From Monocercomonoides exilis PA203 (lineage: Eukaryota > Protista > Preaxostyla): 64,000 nt of DNA. Location of the stretch: contig LSRY02000023.1 in assembly GCA_001643675.2 (NCBI GenBank), positions 1-64,000 on the forward strand. Direction: 5' to 3'. The position numbers and the translations under genes are program-made. A model generated the notes under the pieces. It was not told the origin of the DNA, ran no database searches, and worked only from the letters and a program-made list of their open reading frames with translations. Below, one piece after another: positions 12,411 to 25,367 of this stretch; position 1 is the first letter of the stretch, and each line of letters starts with the position of its first letter.

Positions 12411-13658
12411 ATGTCCTGTCACACCAAAGTTACAAAGGGGATAACTTCTTATATATAACTTTAAGGGTGACTATGGGATTTTGAGGATAATTTTTTATAA
12501 GATACACAATAGGTGGACAAGAAGGGGTGAATCGGTGGTATTGTTGACTGACCTCTCTTTTGTGAGAAAAAAAATAATTTCTGTTTTGACTGAAAAATGA
12601 CTGGAATATCATTCAAAAATTCATATCTCCACAAATACTGCAGATATTAACCTGGTATTATTTCTATAAACATACCTTCATATTACTAACATAATCCATA
12701 TTTTTATTTGAAATGAAAATTCAGAGTCAAATTTATAAAAATACATTTTATCTCATTTTCTATGATAACCTGAGTGAAGAAAAGTCAATATATATGAATA
12801 TTTTGTAATTTTTCATATTTTTTCTGTGTTTTGTAATATCACCGACAATTCATAACTAAGACGTGGGAAAAAGGATTTGACTCAATTCCCCTTCCCCATC
12901 GAGATACAGAATTTTTTGTGTTTTTCCCATACAAAAATTCCTAAAAATCGAAATAAATTTATTCTTCAAAGACAATAATTCTGAAGCATTGTCTGCATGA
13001 GTGTAGCACATCCACTATTTTTTGGAAAAATTAGAAGAAGTGGTTGTGAAGAAAAAAAATAATTTTCATTTTTCTTCACTCAAAAATTCAATGAAAAATT
13101 CATATAAAATCAAAGGTTATTCTAACATTATAAGAGACATATACAGTGGGAGTGTGAGTGGGTATGGGGTGTGTGGGGGTGGTGTGGGGGTTGTCAGATG
13201 AAATGCCCAGGTGACAGGAACGAATTTATGAAAAAATGATTTTTTTGGGTTATCCCAGACAGAAGAGTCCATTTACAGGGAGAAATCCCTGTGAAAAGGC
13301 AGGAAATGAGGTTTTAGAAGGCGTCCGCTCCGCGTCCGCCTTCTACGAAGGCCACATACTGCTCATAGGGCACCCCCCATGAAACTCCGGGGTAAGGCAA
13401 ATTTTTTTCCTAAAAAAATAACTCAAAAAAATGACTGAAAAATCATAAAAAATTGTGTTTTTTCCCTGGATTTTTGCATGATATTTCCCAAAAGCTGCAC
13501 CATAGTAGTAGTAGATACCACACACTCTGCCACACTCACCACACACTTGTCTTCATATCCTGTCATTTTATACAAATTTCTTTTTTTCTCTCAAAATCAC
13601 ATATTTCACTCAATATATTCTTTTTTGTATTCCAAGTGTTGGTGGTGAGTATATATAT

Positions 13659-13792
13659 TCACGTTCCCTGTTAGTGGGTGAACAATCCAACACTTGGCGA
13701 ATTCTGCTTCGCAATGATAGGAAGAGCCGACATCGAAGAATCAAAAAGCAACGTCGCTATGAACGCTTGGCTGCCACAAGCCAGTTATCCCT
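13659..13792 (-). rRNA. 134-bp LSU rRNA fragment, copy 6
   Basis: Identical to 6752-6885. Confidence 0.92.
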
Positions 13793-15041
13793 ATGTCCTG
13801 TCACACCAAAGTTACAAAGGGGATAACTTCTTATATATAACTTTAAGGGTGACTATGGGATTTTGAGGATAATTTTTTATAAGATACACAATAGGTGGAC
13901 AAGAAGGGGTGAATCGGTGGTATTGTTGACTGACCTCTCTTTTGTGAGAAAAAAAATAATTTCTGTTTTGACTGAAAAATGACTGGAATATCATTCAAAA
14001 ATTCATATCTCCACAAATACTGCAGATATTAACCTGGTATTATTTCTATAAACATACCTTCATATTACTAACATAATCCATATTTTTATTTGAAATGAAA
14101 ATTCAGAGTCAAATTTATAAAAATACATTTTATCTCATTTTCTATGATAACCTGAGTGAAGAAAAGTCAATATATATGAATATTTTGTAATTTTTCATAT
14201 TTTTTCTGTGTTTTGTAATATCACCGACAATTCATAACTAAGACGTGGGAAAAAGGATTTGACTCAATTCCCCTTCCCCATCGAGATACAGAATTTTTTG
14301 TGTTTTTCCCATACAAAAATTCCTAAAAATCGAAATAAATTTATTCTTCAAAGACAATAATTCTGAAGCATTGTCTGCATGAGTGTAGCACATCCACTAT
14401 TTTTTGGAAAAATTAGAAGAAGTGGTTGTGAAGAAAAAAAATAATTTTCATTTTTCTTCACTCAAAAAATTCAATGAAAAATTCATATAAAATCAAAGGT
14501 TATTCTAACATTATAAGAGACATATACAGTGGGAGTGTGAGTGGGTATGGGGTGTGTGGGGGTGGTGTGGGGGTTGTCAGATGAAATGCCCAGGTGACAG
14601 GAACGAATTTATGAAAAAATGATTTTTTTGGGTTATCCCAGACAGAAGAGTCCATTTACAGGGAGAAATCCCTGTGAAAAGGCAGGAAATGAGGTTTTAG
14701 AAGGCGTCCGCTCCGCGTCCGCCTTCTACGAAGGCCACATACTGCTCATAGGGCACCCCCCATGAAACTCCGGGGTAAGGCAAATTTTTTTCCTAAAAAA
14801 ATAACTCAAAAAAATGACTGAAAAATCATAAAAAATTGTGTTTTTTCCCTGGATTTTTGCATGATATTTCCCAAAAGCTGCACCATAGTAGTAGTAGATA
14901 CCACACACTCTGCCACACTCACCACACACTTGTCTTCATATCCTGTCATTTTATACAAATTTCTTTTTTTCTCTCAAAATCACATATTTCACTCAATATA
15001 TTCTTTTTTGTATTCCAAGTGTTGGTGGTGAGTATATATAT

Positions 15042-15175
15042 TCACGTTCCCTGTTAGTGGGTGAACAATCCAACACTTGGCGAATTCTGCTTCGCAATGA
15101 TAGGAAGAGCCGACATCGAAGAATCAAAAAGCAACGTCGCTATGAACGCTTGGCTGCCACAAGCCAGTTATCCCT
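15042..15175 (-). rRNA. 134-bp LSU rRNA fragment, copy 7
   Basis: Identical to 6752-6885. Confidence 0.92.
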
Positions 15176-15682
15176 ATGTCCTGTCACACCAAAGTTACAA
15201 AGGGGATAACTTCTTATATATAACTTCAGGTGTAACCTGGGTATATTTCTGATTATTTTCTATTGGATACACATTTGGTAGACTAGAGGATGTTGATAAC
15301 TCATATCATTGACAGACCTCTCTTTGGAGAGAAAAAAATAATTTATATTTTGACTGAAAAATGACTGAAAAAACATTGAAAAATTCATATCTCCACGAAC
15401 ACTGAAGATATCAACCTGATATTATTTCAATTGACATATCTCTTCTTCACTAACATATTCTATTTTTTATTTGAAATGAAAATTCTGAGTCATATTTATA
15501 AAAATTCATTTTATCATATTTTCTATGATAACCTGAGTGGAGAAAAGTCAATTAATGTGAATATTTTGTAATTTTTCATATTTTTTCTGTATTTTGGAAT
15601 ATCACCGATAATTCATGACGAAGATGTGGGTGAAAGGATTTGGCTCAATTCCCCATCCCCACCGAGATATGGAATTTTTTGT
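15176..15682. mobile_element. Truncated, more diverged copy of the array element (variant A)
   Basis: Colinear with 6886-7394 up to ...GAATTTTTTGT, then homology stops. Confidence 0.6.
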
Positions 15683-17869
15683 CATTCGAGTTTTGACAAA
15701 TCCTTTTTCTGAAAAAAATTTCTTATAAAATCAAAAGTCCAAACAGATCGAGTGAAAGTTTCAATAGTGATATATCATACATGTTTTGATCCATTTCACC
15801 TCAAAAAACCAGGTCTTAAATGAAAATAAGAAAAAAATTTAAAATGAACGGAAATGATCAGACAAAAAACTATATCCCCTTATCTCCAAAGAAACCTCCT
15901 ATTAATTAAGATAATCACCATCAAAATATCCTCCGTCAACAAATTTATATTATTTTGTCATCTTTCAGACTTAGAAAAAAAAATTATTTACTGTGAAAGT
16001 TTTCCCTTTGTTTTGAATGTTTTGTCGAAGTTTGATAAATCCGACTTGTTAATACAACGTTTCGCTTATTTCTTGATCCAACCTCGTTCATTGAAATCTC
16101 TTTGATGGTCCTTGATCTTTTATTTTTCAAAGTCGATTTATTTTTCCAATTAAGTTGCAGTATCAAAATGGTCAAAAAATGAAATTAAATTTTATTTGAA
16201 ATTTTTCTCTTCAACATGTCATGAATGGGGAAAAAGAAGCATACGGTCATCTTCTAAATTTTATCAAGAGTATTATTCAAGAAAATTAAGAGTTTTGATT
16301 GTGCAATCATATTTGATGCAAATTGATCATGTTCCATTATAAGTTTCTTGTTTGAGAGAAAACAACTGCTCTGTCAATGAGATGATGTTGTTTTGCAAAT
16401 TAGTTTATATTTGAGTTGTATTCTGCTTTTAAGTTTCTATGTCATTGTGTGCAGAAGGTTTGAGTTCTTTTATTTATGACTTTTCCTTATCATTCATTAT
16501 CTACTCCTTTTGTTTGAAGAATAGACATTTTTATTCCTCCTCAAACTTCACCTGGAATATTTGGGTCATGTTAAACAGTGATTCAACGTCAAATAAGCTG
16601 TAGCTTTCGCAATAACTGCATGAGAATTCTTTTGATCAGGAGTGTTCGTGTGATGCAAAAATTTCAACGTTGGACAATGAAAATACACTTCTAGAATATA
16701 CAATGTACGATTATTTTTTCATGATTTTTTGGAGGTCGTTATTTACCTATTTTGAAAAATATTGAATTTTTATAATTTTTGACATATAATGACAAGCAGT
16801 CCGCTTAAGACCAGATTTAGCAGTAAAATTCATGAATACTATTGCTCATAACAACTTATTAGTGCTTTTTTAATTATCAAAAATGGAAAACAATTTCAAT
16901 TGTTCATATAAGCTTGTAACTTAAACTTTGATCAACACAGAAAATAACTTTGACGCTGGTGCTCGGACATTTCTCAGCCAGTTGCTTTTATGTCGACTTT
17001 TCTGGATTCGATTAACGTATATACGGATAAAGTGTTCTTTATTTGGATTGAGGCTGCTGATTGTAAAGTCATCTTTCGAAAAATGATGCAAAGTGTACTC
17101 TTCTGGAAGCGTGTGGACATCAAATTTGAATGTATATGATCGAAGAAAACTGCTGAAAAAGAGGTATTTTATATGTACAAACGTTTCTTCGTTTAATTCT
17201 TCACAAATTTAGTTTCTTCCTGTTATCAATCGACATGTTTGCATATTCAAACTCGTCAAAAATTATCTTCTTAATTCCAATACATTTGCAACCTGCAATG
17301 AGAATTATTCTTCAATCTCCCGGACAAATTAAAATCTGAAATGGAAGTGTTGCAAAAAAGAAACGAAGGAAAATGAAGAGAAATGAAAACGATAAATTTT
17401 AAAAGAAGATGCTTGAGAAAACGCAACAATTTTGCAAAAGAATCTGTTATATGCTCAACAATTTCCAAATGAGGCTGACGAGGAAAGCCTGGAATCCTTT
17501 AGAAGCATAATGAAAGAGGTCATTAAAGGCACGACAAACAAACATCAGCTGCAATTAACAAAAAGGCATGTTGGCTTTTAGAGGGAAAACTTAAGAACAA
17601 GGAGCATTCTCCATCGCAAAGTCTTTTTGGAAATCAAATCGTCCTTGTAAAGGATAAAAGTTTATTTTATATGTTATGCTTTTCCATTTCATCACATTTC
17701 GATAACTGTATGATAATTGACATTTCTTCATTTCATCAAAATGAAGTGGAATAAAATATATAATATTAGACAAAAAATTGAAAAAATTTGTTGAATTGTG
17801 GGGGGAAAAAAACAATAATTTGAATTACAAAATATGAAACATTTTAATTTGTTTGACTTTTTCAAAATA

Positions 17870-19300
17870 ATCTCAAACATTCAAAGATAAATCACCGTAA
17901 TATTCTCTGTTAAGATTATCAGATCCTTCGCGAAAACTTTCAACTGCATCTTCAAATCCTTCTTCTTCCATCTTCAATTTCATCTTTCTCTTTTTCTTTC
18001 TTTCTTTTTTTTCTTTCTTTCTTTTCTTTTTCTTTTTTTGAAACGTGCATAAAAAATTTCAAAAAAAAAATATGGAGCAAAATTTTTGCTTCTGTGAAAA
18101 AAACAGAGATTTGTTCCAAACTTTTTCTTCAATCATTTCATTATAAATCAACCTAAACTATGCAAATAATTACAGAAAAACTGAAAAATTGAGAAAAATA
18201 TTTGTTTGAGAAGAATGGAACAAAATTCATAAAGCAAAATATTTCGTCCCATATGCAATATCATCATCTATTATTGATCGCTAAATCCCCTCCAAAACAG
18301 CATCAGCAGCTCCTCCTTTCAAAAAGTCTTCAATTTTCACAACTCTATTTTCTGATGCACGTCTAAAGGAATAAATACACTGATTGCTAATAACGCTGTT
18401 ATTATCCTTTACTGCTCGATATAACTGAACAACGCTTCCTATCAGTTCAACATATTCTTCATTCCTCAAACGACAACAGATTGAATAAATCTTCAATGTT
18501 ACGATCCATCTCTATAAAATAAGCACTTCTTTCGCTTCTCTTCTTCTTTTTCCATTTTCCTCTTCTTTCTTCTTCCAATTCACGCATTTCATTAGCTCTT
18601 TCACTTCTCTTGCTGCTTCTCTTCCAAAATGCAGCTCATTCACAATCTCTTTCTCCAAGCTATTGTCATACAAAAATCTGTAAATCAAAAATTCCCAAGC
18701 AGACTGATATGCAAGTTTTGTTAGATTTCTGTGTTTCTGCTGCTGTTTGATGATTCCTGTAATTTCCTTTAAATATTGTTCTTGCATTAAAAACTAATTA
18801 GAAATAAATGGAAAAAAAGCAAACATAATAAAAATGAAAAAGAAGTGCTCAAACATATAATCCCATATCGCTCAACTCCAGAAAAGCTTTTTCCTTTTCC
18901 TTTTGAACTTCCTCGCTTTCCTCTTTCTTCGAGGCAGCTTTCAAAACACAAGGCACACAAATTGATATCAAATTCGAAGAAGTTTCACCTCTGAGCAAAA
19001 GATAGCACAAACAAAGATCTACCAAAATATTTTCGTTTATCTTTCATTTTATCTTCTCTTCATCAATCACTTTCTCAACTTTTTTTGCTCAGCGAAGAAT
19101 CGATAAAGGTTCTCGAAAAAAACCTCTCAACAACATCAATATCCTTCATTTTTTTGTCCTAAACACTCATTTTCCAGTGATATTTAATTTTTTCAATCAT
19201 TTCATCCATCTAATCGAATAGTTCTGTTGTGAAAATGAAATACAATTCCTCTTTATTCATTTTATCAGTTATTTTATTCTGTTTTTCAATTTTCGATCTT
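17870..19300 (-). pseudogene. Decayed member of the lineage-expanded helical protein family (HRNLT.LAYQSAW.FL family)
   Basis: Fragments HRNLTKLAYQSAWEFLI..VNELHFGREAARE and VKIEDFLKGGAADAVLE match 19647-21195; stops, frameshifts and a (T/C)-rich microsatellite interrupt it; limits approximate. Confidence 0.8.
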
Positions 19301-19646
19301 CTCTTCTTAAGAGACCATGTTTTAATGTTGAAATTAAAGTTGAAGTCAAAATCATGTGAAATAAGCATCAAAAATCTTGACAAACACAAATCATCAACAT
19401 GAACTGTCTGAACAAAAATAATAGTTTATTCGATCAAAAAGAAACAACAGATTTTGATTTCTGGAGTTCAAAAACAAATTCATTTATTCTGCCATTTTCA
19501 TTTTTTCTTCCGATAAATACAAAACGAAGCATTTGTTGTTGAAACTCCAAACCTTTTTTTCAAGAAAAATTAAATGTTTGCATTTATCGATTATCACCTG
19601 TATTAATTGAATTTCTCATGCTTTTCAAAAATGTTTAGAATATTTT

Positions 19647-21195
19647 ATGAACAAAATGAATGAAGCTGAACATATTGAAGAGGGAGAGGAAGAGGAAGAG
19701 GAAGAAGAAAATGATGATAGTTATTTTGAGATTTATGAAATGAAAGTTCTTGATGAAGGATCCAAGTCGGAACTTACAAAAAAGTTTTCAAGTTTGTGCA
19801 TTTTAATGTTGGCAAAACTTGTTTAGTTTTTGTGTATTTGATTTTTTTGTTTGGTTTTTTGAAGAATTGCTTAATGAGCTGGAAGATTGTGAAGAAGTTG
19901 AACAGAAACAGAAAATAAAAGAAATGAATTCAATGATGGATGAAATGGATGGAGAAGAACTTAAATCCATTTGCGCTTATGAACTTTTCGATATAATGGA
20001 AAAAATTATTGAAGAAAAGAAAATGCCATTGGAGAATGCAATCTTGCTGCTGAAACATATGGGATATTGGATTGGGTTGAAAAAAATATGGCGTCAACCG
20101 TACAAAAAACCTTCATTAATCAAAAGATTCGAGAAGATGATTCATGAGGAGAAGCTGAAAAAAGATGGAAAGAACGAAAAATTTTTAGCTGATCTTTGCC
20201 AATGCTACATTTCCTTTCGGCACAACTTCCCGTTTGAGTTTCTTTCAATTAGTGCACCATGTCTTCTGAAAGTTGCTCTGAACAAGGATGAAAGCGAAGA
20301 AACACAAAAAGAGGTGGAGATGGCTTTTGTTGCATTGAACTATATTGGAGGCTTTTATGTTTGATTATTTCCGGTTTCTTTTTTCACATTAATGATTTTT
20401 CTTTCGTATTTTCATGAGGGTTTGAAAAAAGAACAGCATTTGAATGAGATGTCAGAAATCATCAAATATCATCAGGAGCATCGCAATCTATCACGACTTG
20501 CATATCAGTCTTCTTGGGAATTATTAATTCACAAAATACATTTGGAAAGAAGTTTGGAAGATGTGATTGTGAATGAATTGCATTTTGCGAGAGAAGCAAC
20601 AAGAGAATTGGAAGAACTGATAAAATGTGTGAATTGGAAAGAAGAAGAAGAAGAAGAGCATGAAGAGAGAAGAATTGGATTGAATGACGTTCTTATTTTT
20701 GAGAGATGGCTCATACAATCTGATGATTACTTTGACTCTTGCAAATTGTCAAATGAAGAGAATTTTGATCTTATCGTGAGTATCATTCGAGTATACAGAC
20801 TGGCAAAGAATAATTTCGGAGTAATTAGCATTCGGTGCATTAACACCTTGAAAGAAGCAGCCCTAAATAAATCTGTGAAAGTCGATTATTTTTTGAAGAG
20901 TGAAGCGGTTGATGTATTTTTGGATGAAATCCAGCAGTCTACATCGATAGATGATAGTTCAGAACAATATTTTGAATTTTTTGAAGGGATTTGTGAAAAA
21001 TCAAAAGTTAAGGAGAAAGATGAAATGGAAGAAGCAAAAAAAAGAGTGGCAAAAAAGGAGATTCATGAAAAGATGGAAGAAGATGGATACGAAGATATCA
21101 TCACAAGCTTTTATGGAACACTGATAATTTTGACAACACATTATCATAACTACCAACTGTCAAGAAACTTATCTAATTATCTTTTTCATCTGTAA
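19647..21195 (+). CDS. Uncharacterised protein of a lineage-expanded helical family (3 exons)
   Basis: ATG 19647; in-frame GT..AG intron 19792-19864 joins KFS-K-LLNELEDC; second intron at ~20359-20420; motifs KVALNKDESEETQKEVEMA, YHQEHRNLSRLAYQSSW, KMEEDGYED shared with two other copies in the window. Confidence 0.85.
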
Positions 21196-22521
21196 AGATA
21201 ATGTTCTTTTCCATCAATTCAATGAATGTTATCTTCTCAGAGAAAAAAAAGAAAGAAGAGTCGAATGAAAACAGAGATTTAGAAGAGGCAGATGGAAGCA
21301 AATGAACAAACGGAAAGAAAACGAGAAAAGAAGAGAGAAGAAAAAATTTCAAATAGAAGATGCATCTTTGTCCAGAGCAAAACTTATTCAATGTTAATAA
21401 TGGATTCTTTATTTATTTCAGTCAATCTTCAAGCTCTTGTCTTTTGCTTCAGTTTCTTCCTCTCACATACTCACACAATCATTCGCATCTCCTTTCACTT
21501 CAACAGCATCAATCAACATTTCACCAGTCAACTCATCTTCTTTCTCTTCTATTTGTTTTCTTGAATTGACATGATTTCCATTGAATTTCAGCTGAATTAA
21601 TTGAAATAAGAATAACTCTTCACAACTTCACTTTGATTGTGGAATAACAATAATAATCGATATCTCATATCTTCCATTTTATCTTCTTCTTCTTCTTCTT
21701 CTCCATTAAATACATCTTCTTCTTCTTCTTCTTCTTCGACTTTCTTATCCTTATCTTTCTTTTTCCTAATCTGCATCTGCTGCATTTACAAAAACAATTT
21801 CAACTTCTTATCTCTTTTTGGTTTGCATATCATCTCGTTAAGACTTTGTTTCTGTTGTTTTGCTTGCTAATTCTGCATTCATTTGAGATGTTATCTCAAC
21901 TCGTCTTCTCTCTCAAAAAGGAAGAGTGTAAAACTGGAAGAGAAGGAAAAGAAGACGAGTGAAGCTCAACGTCAGCTTCAACTGTTTGGTGGAATAGAGC
22001 TTGTGAAGAAAAGGAAATACATTTGGTTCGATGCAATCTACCATTTATAATGAATGCTGATGTGCGAACAAAAGATGGAATTTTGCATGAACAATTAAAC
22101 GCGAATCACGCTTTTGGAATGAATTCATAAATCAGCAGCTGCATTTTCCTTTGATCGGATTGCATTCCTATCAGAAATGTTTCTTGTTTGCGTTTAATGT
22201 GAGCCAAACAATTGAATCTGCAAAATTGTCAAATTATTGAATTATTGTTTCTTCATTAGAAAAAAAAGAGATTCTTTCCTGATTATTATGGTTGTTGCTT
22301 CAGTCATTCAATAATTTAGTTATATGAAGGTTTTTATTCTGTGGTTGAACCATAAGAATATGAAACTTTTTTCTAATTATCAACTTTAAATAAGATTCAT
22401 GGAAAGGTTTTTTTTTAATTAATTTGGATGCTTTCCATCTCTATCCTTTAGAAAAGTTTAGGAATTTTTTTGGCAAAGAAAGATATCAATGCAATATTCC
22501 AATGTTACCTAATTTCATATA

Positions 22522-22546
22522 CAAAAAAAAAAAAAAAAAAAAAAAA

Positions 22547-22584
<38 letters not shown>
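22522..22584. repeat. Poly(A) tract ~63 nt
   Basis: Seen directly; one T interruption. Confidence 0.9.
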
Positions 22585-22587
<3 letters not shown>

Positions 22588-22670
22588 GGAGAGAGAATGA
22601 AAATAACAATTGCAAGAAAAGCAACTTCATAATTATATAAATAATAATAAACAATCTTTAAATAGCTCTT

Positions 22671-25040
22671 TCACATCAATCTCCCTTGTAAGCAAGATAA
22701 ATTTAAAGAATATAAATTATGGATTTTTCCTTTTGCTTTCTTTTTTTCTTTCGTTTTGGTAATTTTACAAAAAGGTACAACCAAATTCGGCCTAATAAGG
22801 ACTTCGGCCATCAAATCTCTTGTCTTCTGAAGAAAAGCATTTGGATCCATTCCTTTTCTTCTCATTTTCTTGGCGGTCTTCCCATTATTCAACACCTCTG
22901 AGTGGCGAGGGAGGAACTCCTCAGCATCTGCAACAGTCTTGTTCACATCAAACACAATGCCAACTCCAGCACTTGGCTGGCTCAGCACCCAGCTTGGAAA
23001 TGATGGCAATGCGCTCTCTTCTTCTTGAATGAAATAGAGCTGCGAAAAAGTTGTGCATGCAGAATCACAGAAATATGGTTCCTTTTCGAACGTGTTATGC
23101 AACAGAGAGTTCATGTGCAGCTGTGGAAATGAAGTATGAAGCGAATGCTGCGATGAAGATATACGTTTTTCGGTTGCACTGCTGTTTGATTCTTTGTGCA
23201 GACGTGGCTCAAATCTCCCCAAATTCTTGTCATTACCTGCTTTTGGAATCTCTCTCAAGCGCTGCTTTTTGATACAAAAAGGCTCACTTAATGATACTGG
23301 AGAATAAAGTTTTGAATGCAATTGAGAAGAATAATCTGTAGAATTCCTATTTGATTCAAACATAGAAGGGAAATGGAGCAACTTTTGGGAAATGTTCTGC
23401 AATGTGTCTGTTTTTGCTGCTTCTCGTAATTCAATGTGATGCATCGGAGTCGATGTTTCATTACACGATCCTTGTGGAGCAATGACCGTTGAGAGATCCA
23501 ACTGGCGCTGTTCTGACTTCAATGAAAGTGCTTGAATTTGAGCTTTTTCATCTCTTTTTCGGCTTTGTCGCGAAGAATGTGGCAAAACAAGGAAAGAGGC
23601 AACTGTACATGCTTTTTTTTCCTTCATGCTCTCTCGTGCAATCTGATTCAAATAATCATCCTTTTCTGTTTCGGTCATTGCATTCAAATCTGATGTTTTT
23701 AGTTTGGTTTTCATCTCCTCCAAAGTTAACGCTCTTCTAACTGATGGATGTGCATCTTTGCTGCAATCTTCATCGGTACATTCATCAGTACCAGCATCGA
23801 TGTCACCAGGTACTTCAAAACGCTCTTTGAACTCAGCTGCATCCCACATCTTTCTCTCTTCTTCGTTGGAGACCCATTCCTTCCTCACCCACTCTCCAAA
23901 CACTCGTTCGAATTGTTTGGCTTCCTTAATTTGTTTTCTGATGATTTCTCTCCTTTTCTTTTGCATGGGCCCATCCAGAAAAGCAGTTTGCTGTATCTTA
24001 TTGACTTTTGTAGTGTCTGTAAAACAATTGGAATAGCTGTGCATCTCAGATGTTTCGTGTGACCGTTTCCATTTCTTGTCTTCCACCATCCAGCGCTCGA
24101 GCATAGATTCTCGTTCTGACTGAATCAGCATTGCCCGAGCTGCCCCGCCAACCTTGCCGATGGAGTCTTGGCAAAAGTGATTCTGTGCCGTTGTGTGCAG
24201 ACGCATATGTACAGCTGCTTCGATCAAGTCCAGTTCTGACGGTCGAGCTGCTGTAGAATTCAATTGAGGATTTTCAGTTTCGTCCAAACAAGACTGTGAA
24301 ACTTCTGCTTTCGTGGACGAATTTGTTGATCCATATGGCGAAAAAGAACAAGACGAAGAAGATAATTTTAACTCAATATTTTGCTTTTCTTTACAATTGG
24401 TTTCAATTTTCCATTTTTTTCTCTCATCATATAATGCATCACTTTCGGTTTGTTGAAAATTGTTAAAATGTGTCTTTTCTTCATCAATTGCACAAATTAA
24501 TTCATTCGCTTTGCATTTGTCAGAAGGCAATACAAAAAAGATTTGATTTCTATCTTCATTATTAATTTTTTTCATTTTATCCAAATGCAAATGATTTTGT
24601 AAGCTCTCGTTCAGATGCATCAATGAAGTGGATGCTTTTGCATTTGATTCACTTGATAATGAAATCATCGAAGAAAATATTTGAGTTGAATTAAGGTCTT
24701 CAATATTGTTATTTCTTTTCTTTGTTTCAGATAAATCAGTTTCGTCAAAACATTCAGGATGGATGTAAGTACTTTGCTCCATTAATGTTTCTTTGAAGGT
24801 CTTCCGATCTTCGGAATGGATATCCAATTGAAAATCGAAATCAGAATTAATTGCACTTGAATTTTTCTTTGAATCAATTGGAGATGATAAACATTGTACA
24901 GCAAATGGAAGCGAAGAGTTGAATGACTGATTGAAATATTGCGTGCTTGACCCGTGAATGTCTGAACGTTCAAAATTTGCGACATCTTGATTGTATTTAA
25001 TATGTGTTCCTGAAGCAACAAAGAGTCCAGTTTCTCTCAT
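22671..25040 (-). CDS. Hypothetical protein (789 aa; 5' end may extend via upstream exons)
   Basis: 2.37 kb open frame in AT-rich DNA; no family recognised. Confidence 0.75.
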   Translation of the reverse strand: MRETGLFVASGTHIKYNQDVANFERSDIHGSSTQYFNQSFNSSLPFAVQCLSSPIDSKKNSSAINSDFDFQLDIHSEDRKTFKETLMEQSTYIHPECFDETDLSETKKRNNNIEDLNSTQIFSSMISLSSESNAKASTSLMHLNESLQNHLHLDKMKKINNEDRNQIFFVLPSDKCKANELICAIDEEKTHFNNFQQTESDALYDERKKWKIETNCKEKQNIELKLSSSSCSFSPYGSTNSSTKAEVSQSCLDETENPQLNSTAARPSELDLIEAAVHMRLHTTAQNHFCQDSIGKVGGAARAMLIQSERESMLERWMVEDKKWKRSHETSEMHSYSNCFTDTTKVNKIQQTAFLDGPMQKKRREIIRKQIKEAKQFERVFGEWVRKEWVSNEEERKMWDAAEFKERFEVPGDIDAGTDECTDEDCSKDAHPSVRRALTLEEMKTKLKTSDLNAMTETEKDDYLNQIARESMKEKKACTVASFLVLPHSSRQSRKRDEKAQIQALSLKSEQRQLDLSTVIAPQGSCNETSTPMHHIELREAAKTDTLQNISQKLLHFPSMFESNRNSTDYSSQLHSKLYSPVSLSEPFCIKKQRLREIPKAGNDKNLGRFEPRLHKESNSSATEKRISSSQHSLHTSFPQLHMNSLLHNTFEKEPYFCDSACTTFSQLYFIQEEESALPSFPSWVLSQPSAGVGIVFDVNKTVADAEEFLPRHSEVLNNGKTAKKMRRKGMDPNAFLQKTRDLMAEVLIRPNLVVPFCKITKTKEKKKAKGKIHNLYSLNLSCLQGRLM

Positions 25041-25367
25041 ATCATCATTTTGCGCATATTCTGCATAATCATTAGATATATTCTGGTTGATTGCGATTAT
25101 TCAATTGTTAAATTTAGTTTGAAAAATAAGAATACAATATATCAAAATCTCTGTTCAACCTTCAAGCGTCAAATCAATAAGTTATACCGTTTGAAAAAAT
25201 GATGTGCTTGATTTTGGCTGCTTATTCATTCTTCACAAAATGTCATCATGAAAAACATAAATAAAAGGGTTTTTAAAAAAATTGTTATGATCTGCATATT
25301 CCACATTTCGGTATTTTTTGCATTTTATTAGCATTTCATCAACTTGTAACTAAATACATAAATTTTA

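Larger units (their letters stand above)
6752..15682. repeat. Tandem array, period ~1380-1383 bp (134-bp LSU rRNA segment + ~1.25 kb non-coding element); 6 full units plus one partial
   Basis: rRNA segments at 6752-6885, 8135-8268, 9517-9650, 10897-11030, 12277-12410, 13659-13792, 15042-15175; intervening elements near-identical; last element truncated at ~15682. Confidence 0.97.

Noticed and set aside
6752-15175. CRISPR-like repeat/spacer reading of the array
   Set aside because: The repeat is 134 bp of rRNA, the spacers are 1.25 kb and near-identical, there are no cas genes, and the chromosome is eukaryotic
6752-15175. 1-3 bp differences in unit length
   Set aside because: All fall in homopolymer runs; likely sequencing error
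6771-15252. Repeated 62-63 aa ORF MNNPTLGEFCFAMIGRADIEESKS and other short ORFs in the array
   Set aside because: Antisense translation of conserved LSU rRNA and chance frames in repeated DNA; not genes
16200-17600. Coding-like fragments between the array and the first pseudogene
   Set aside because: Short stop-ridden frames with no recognisable family
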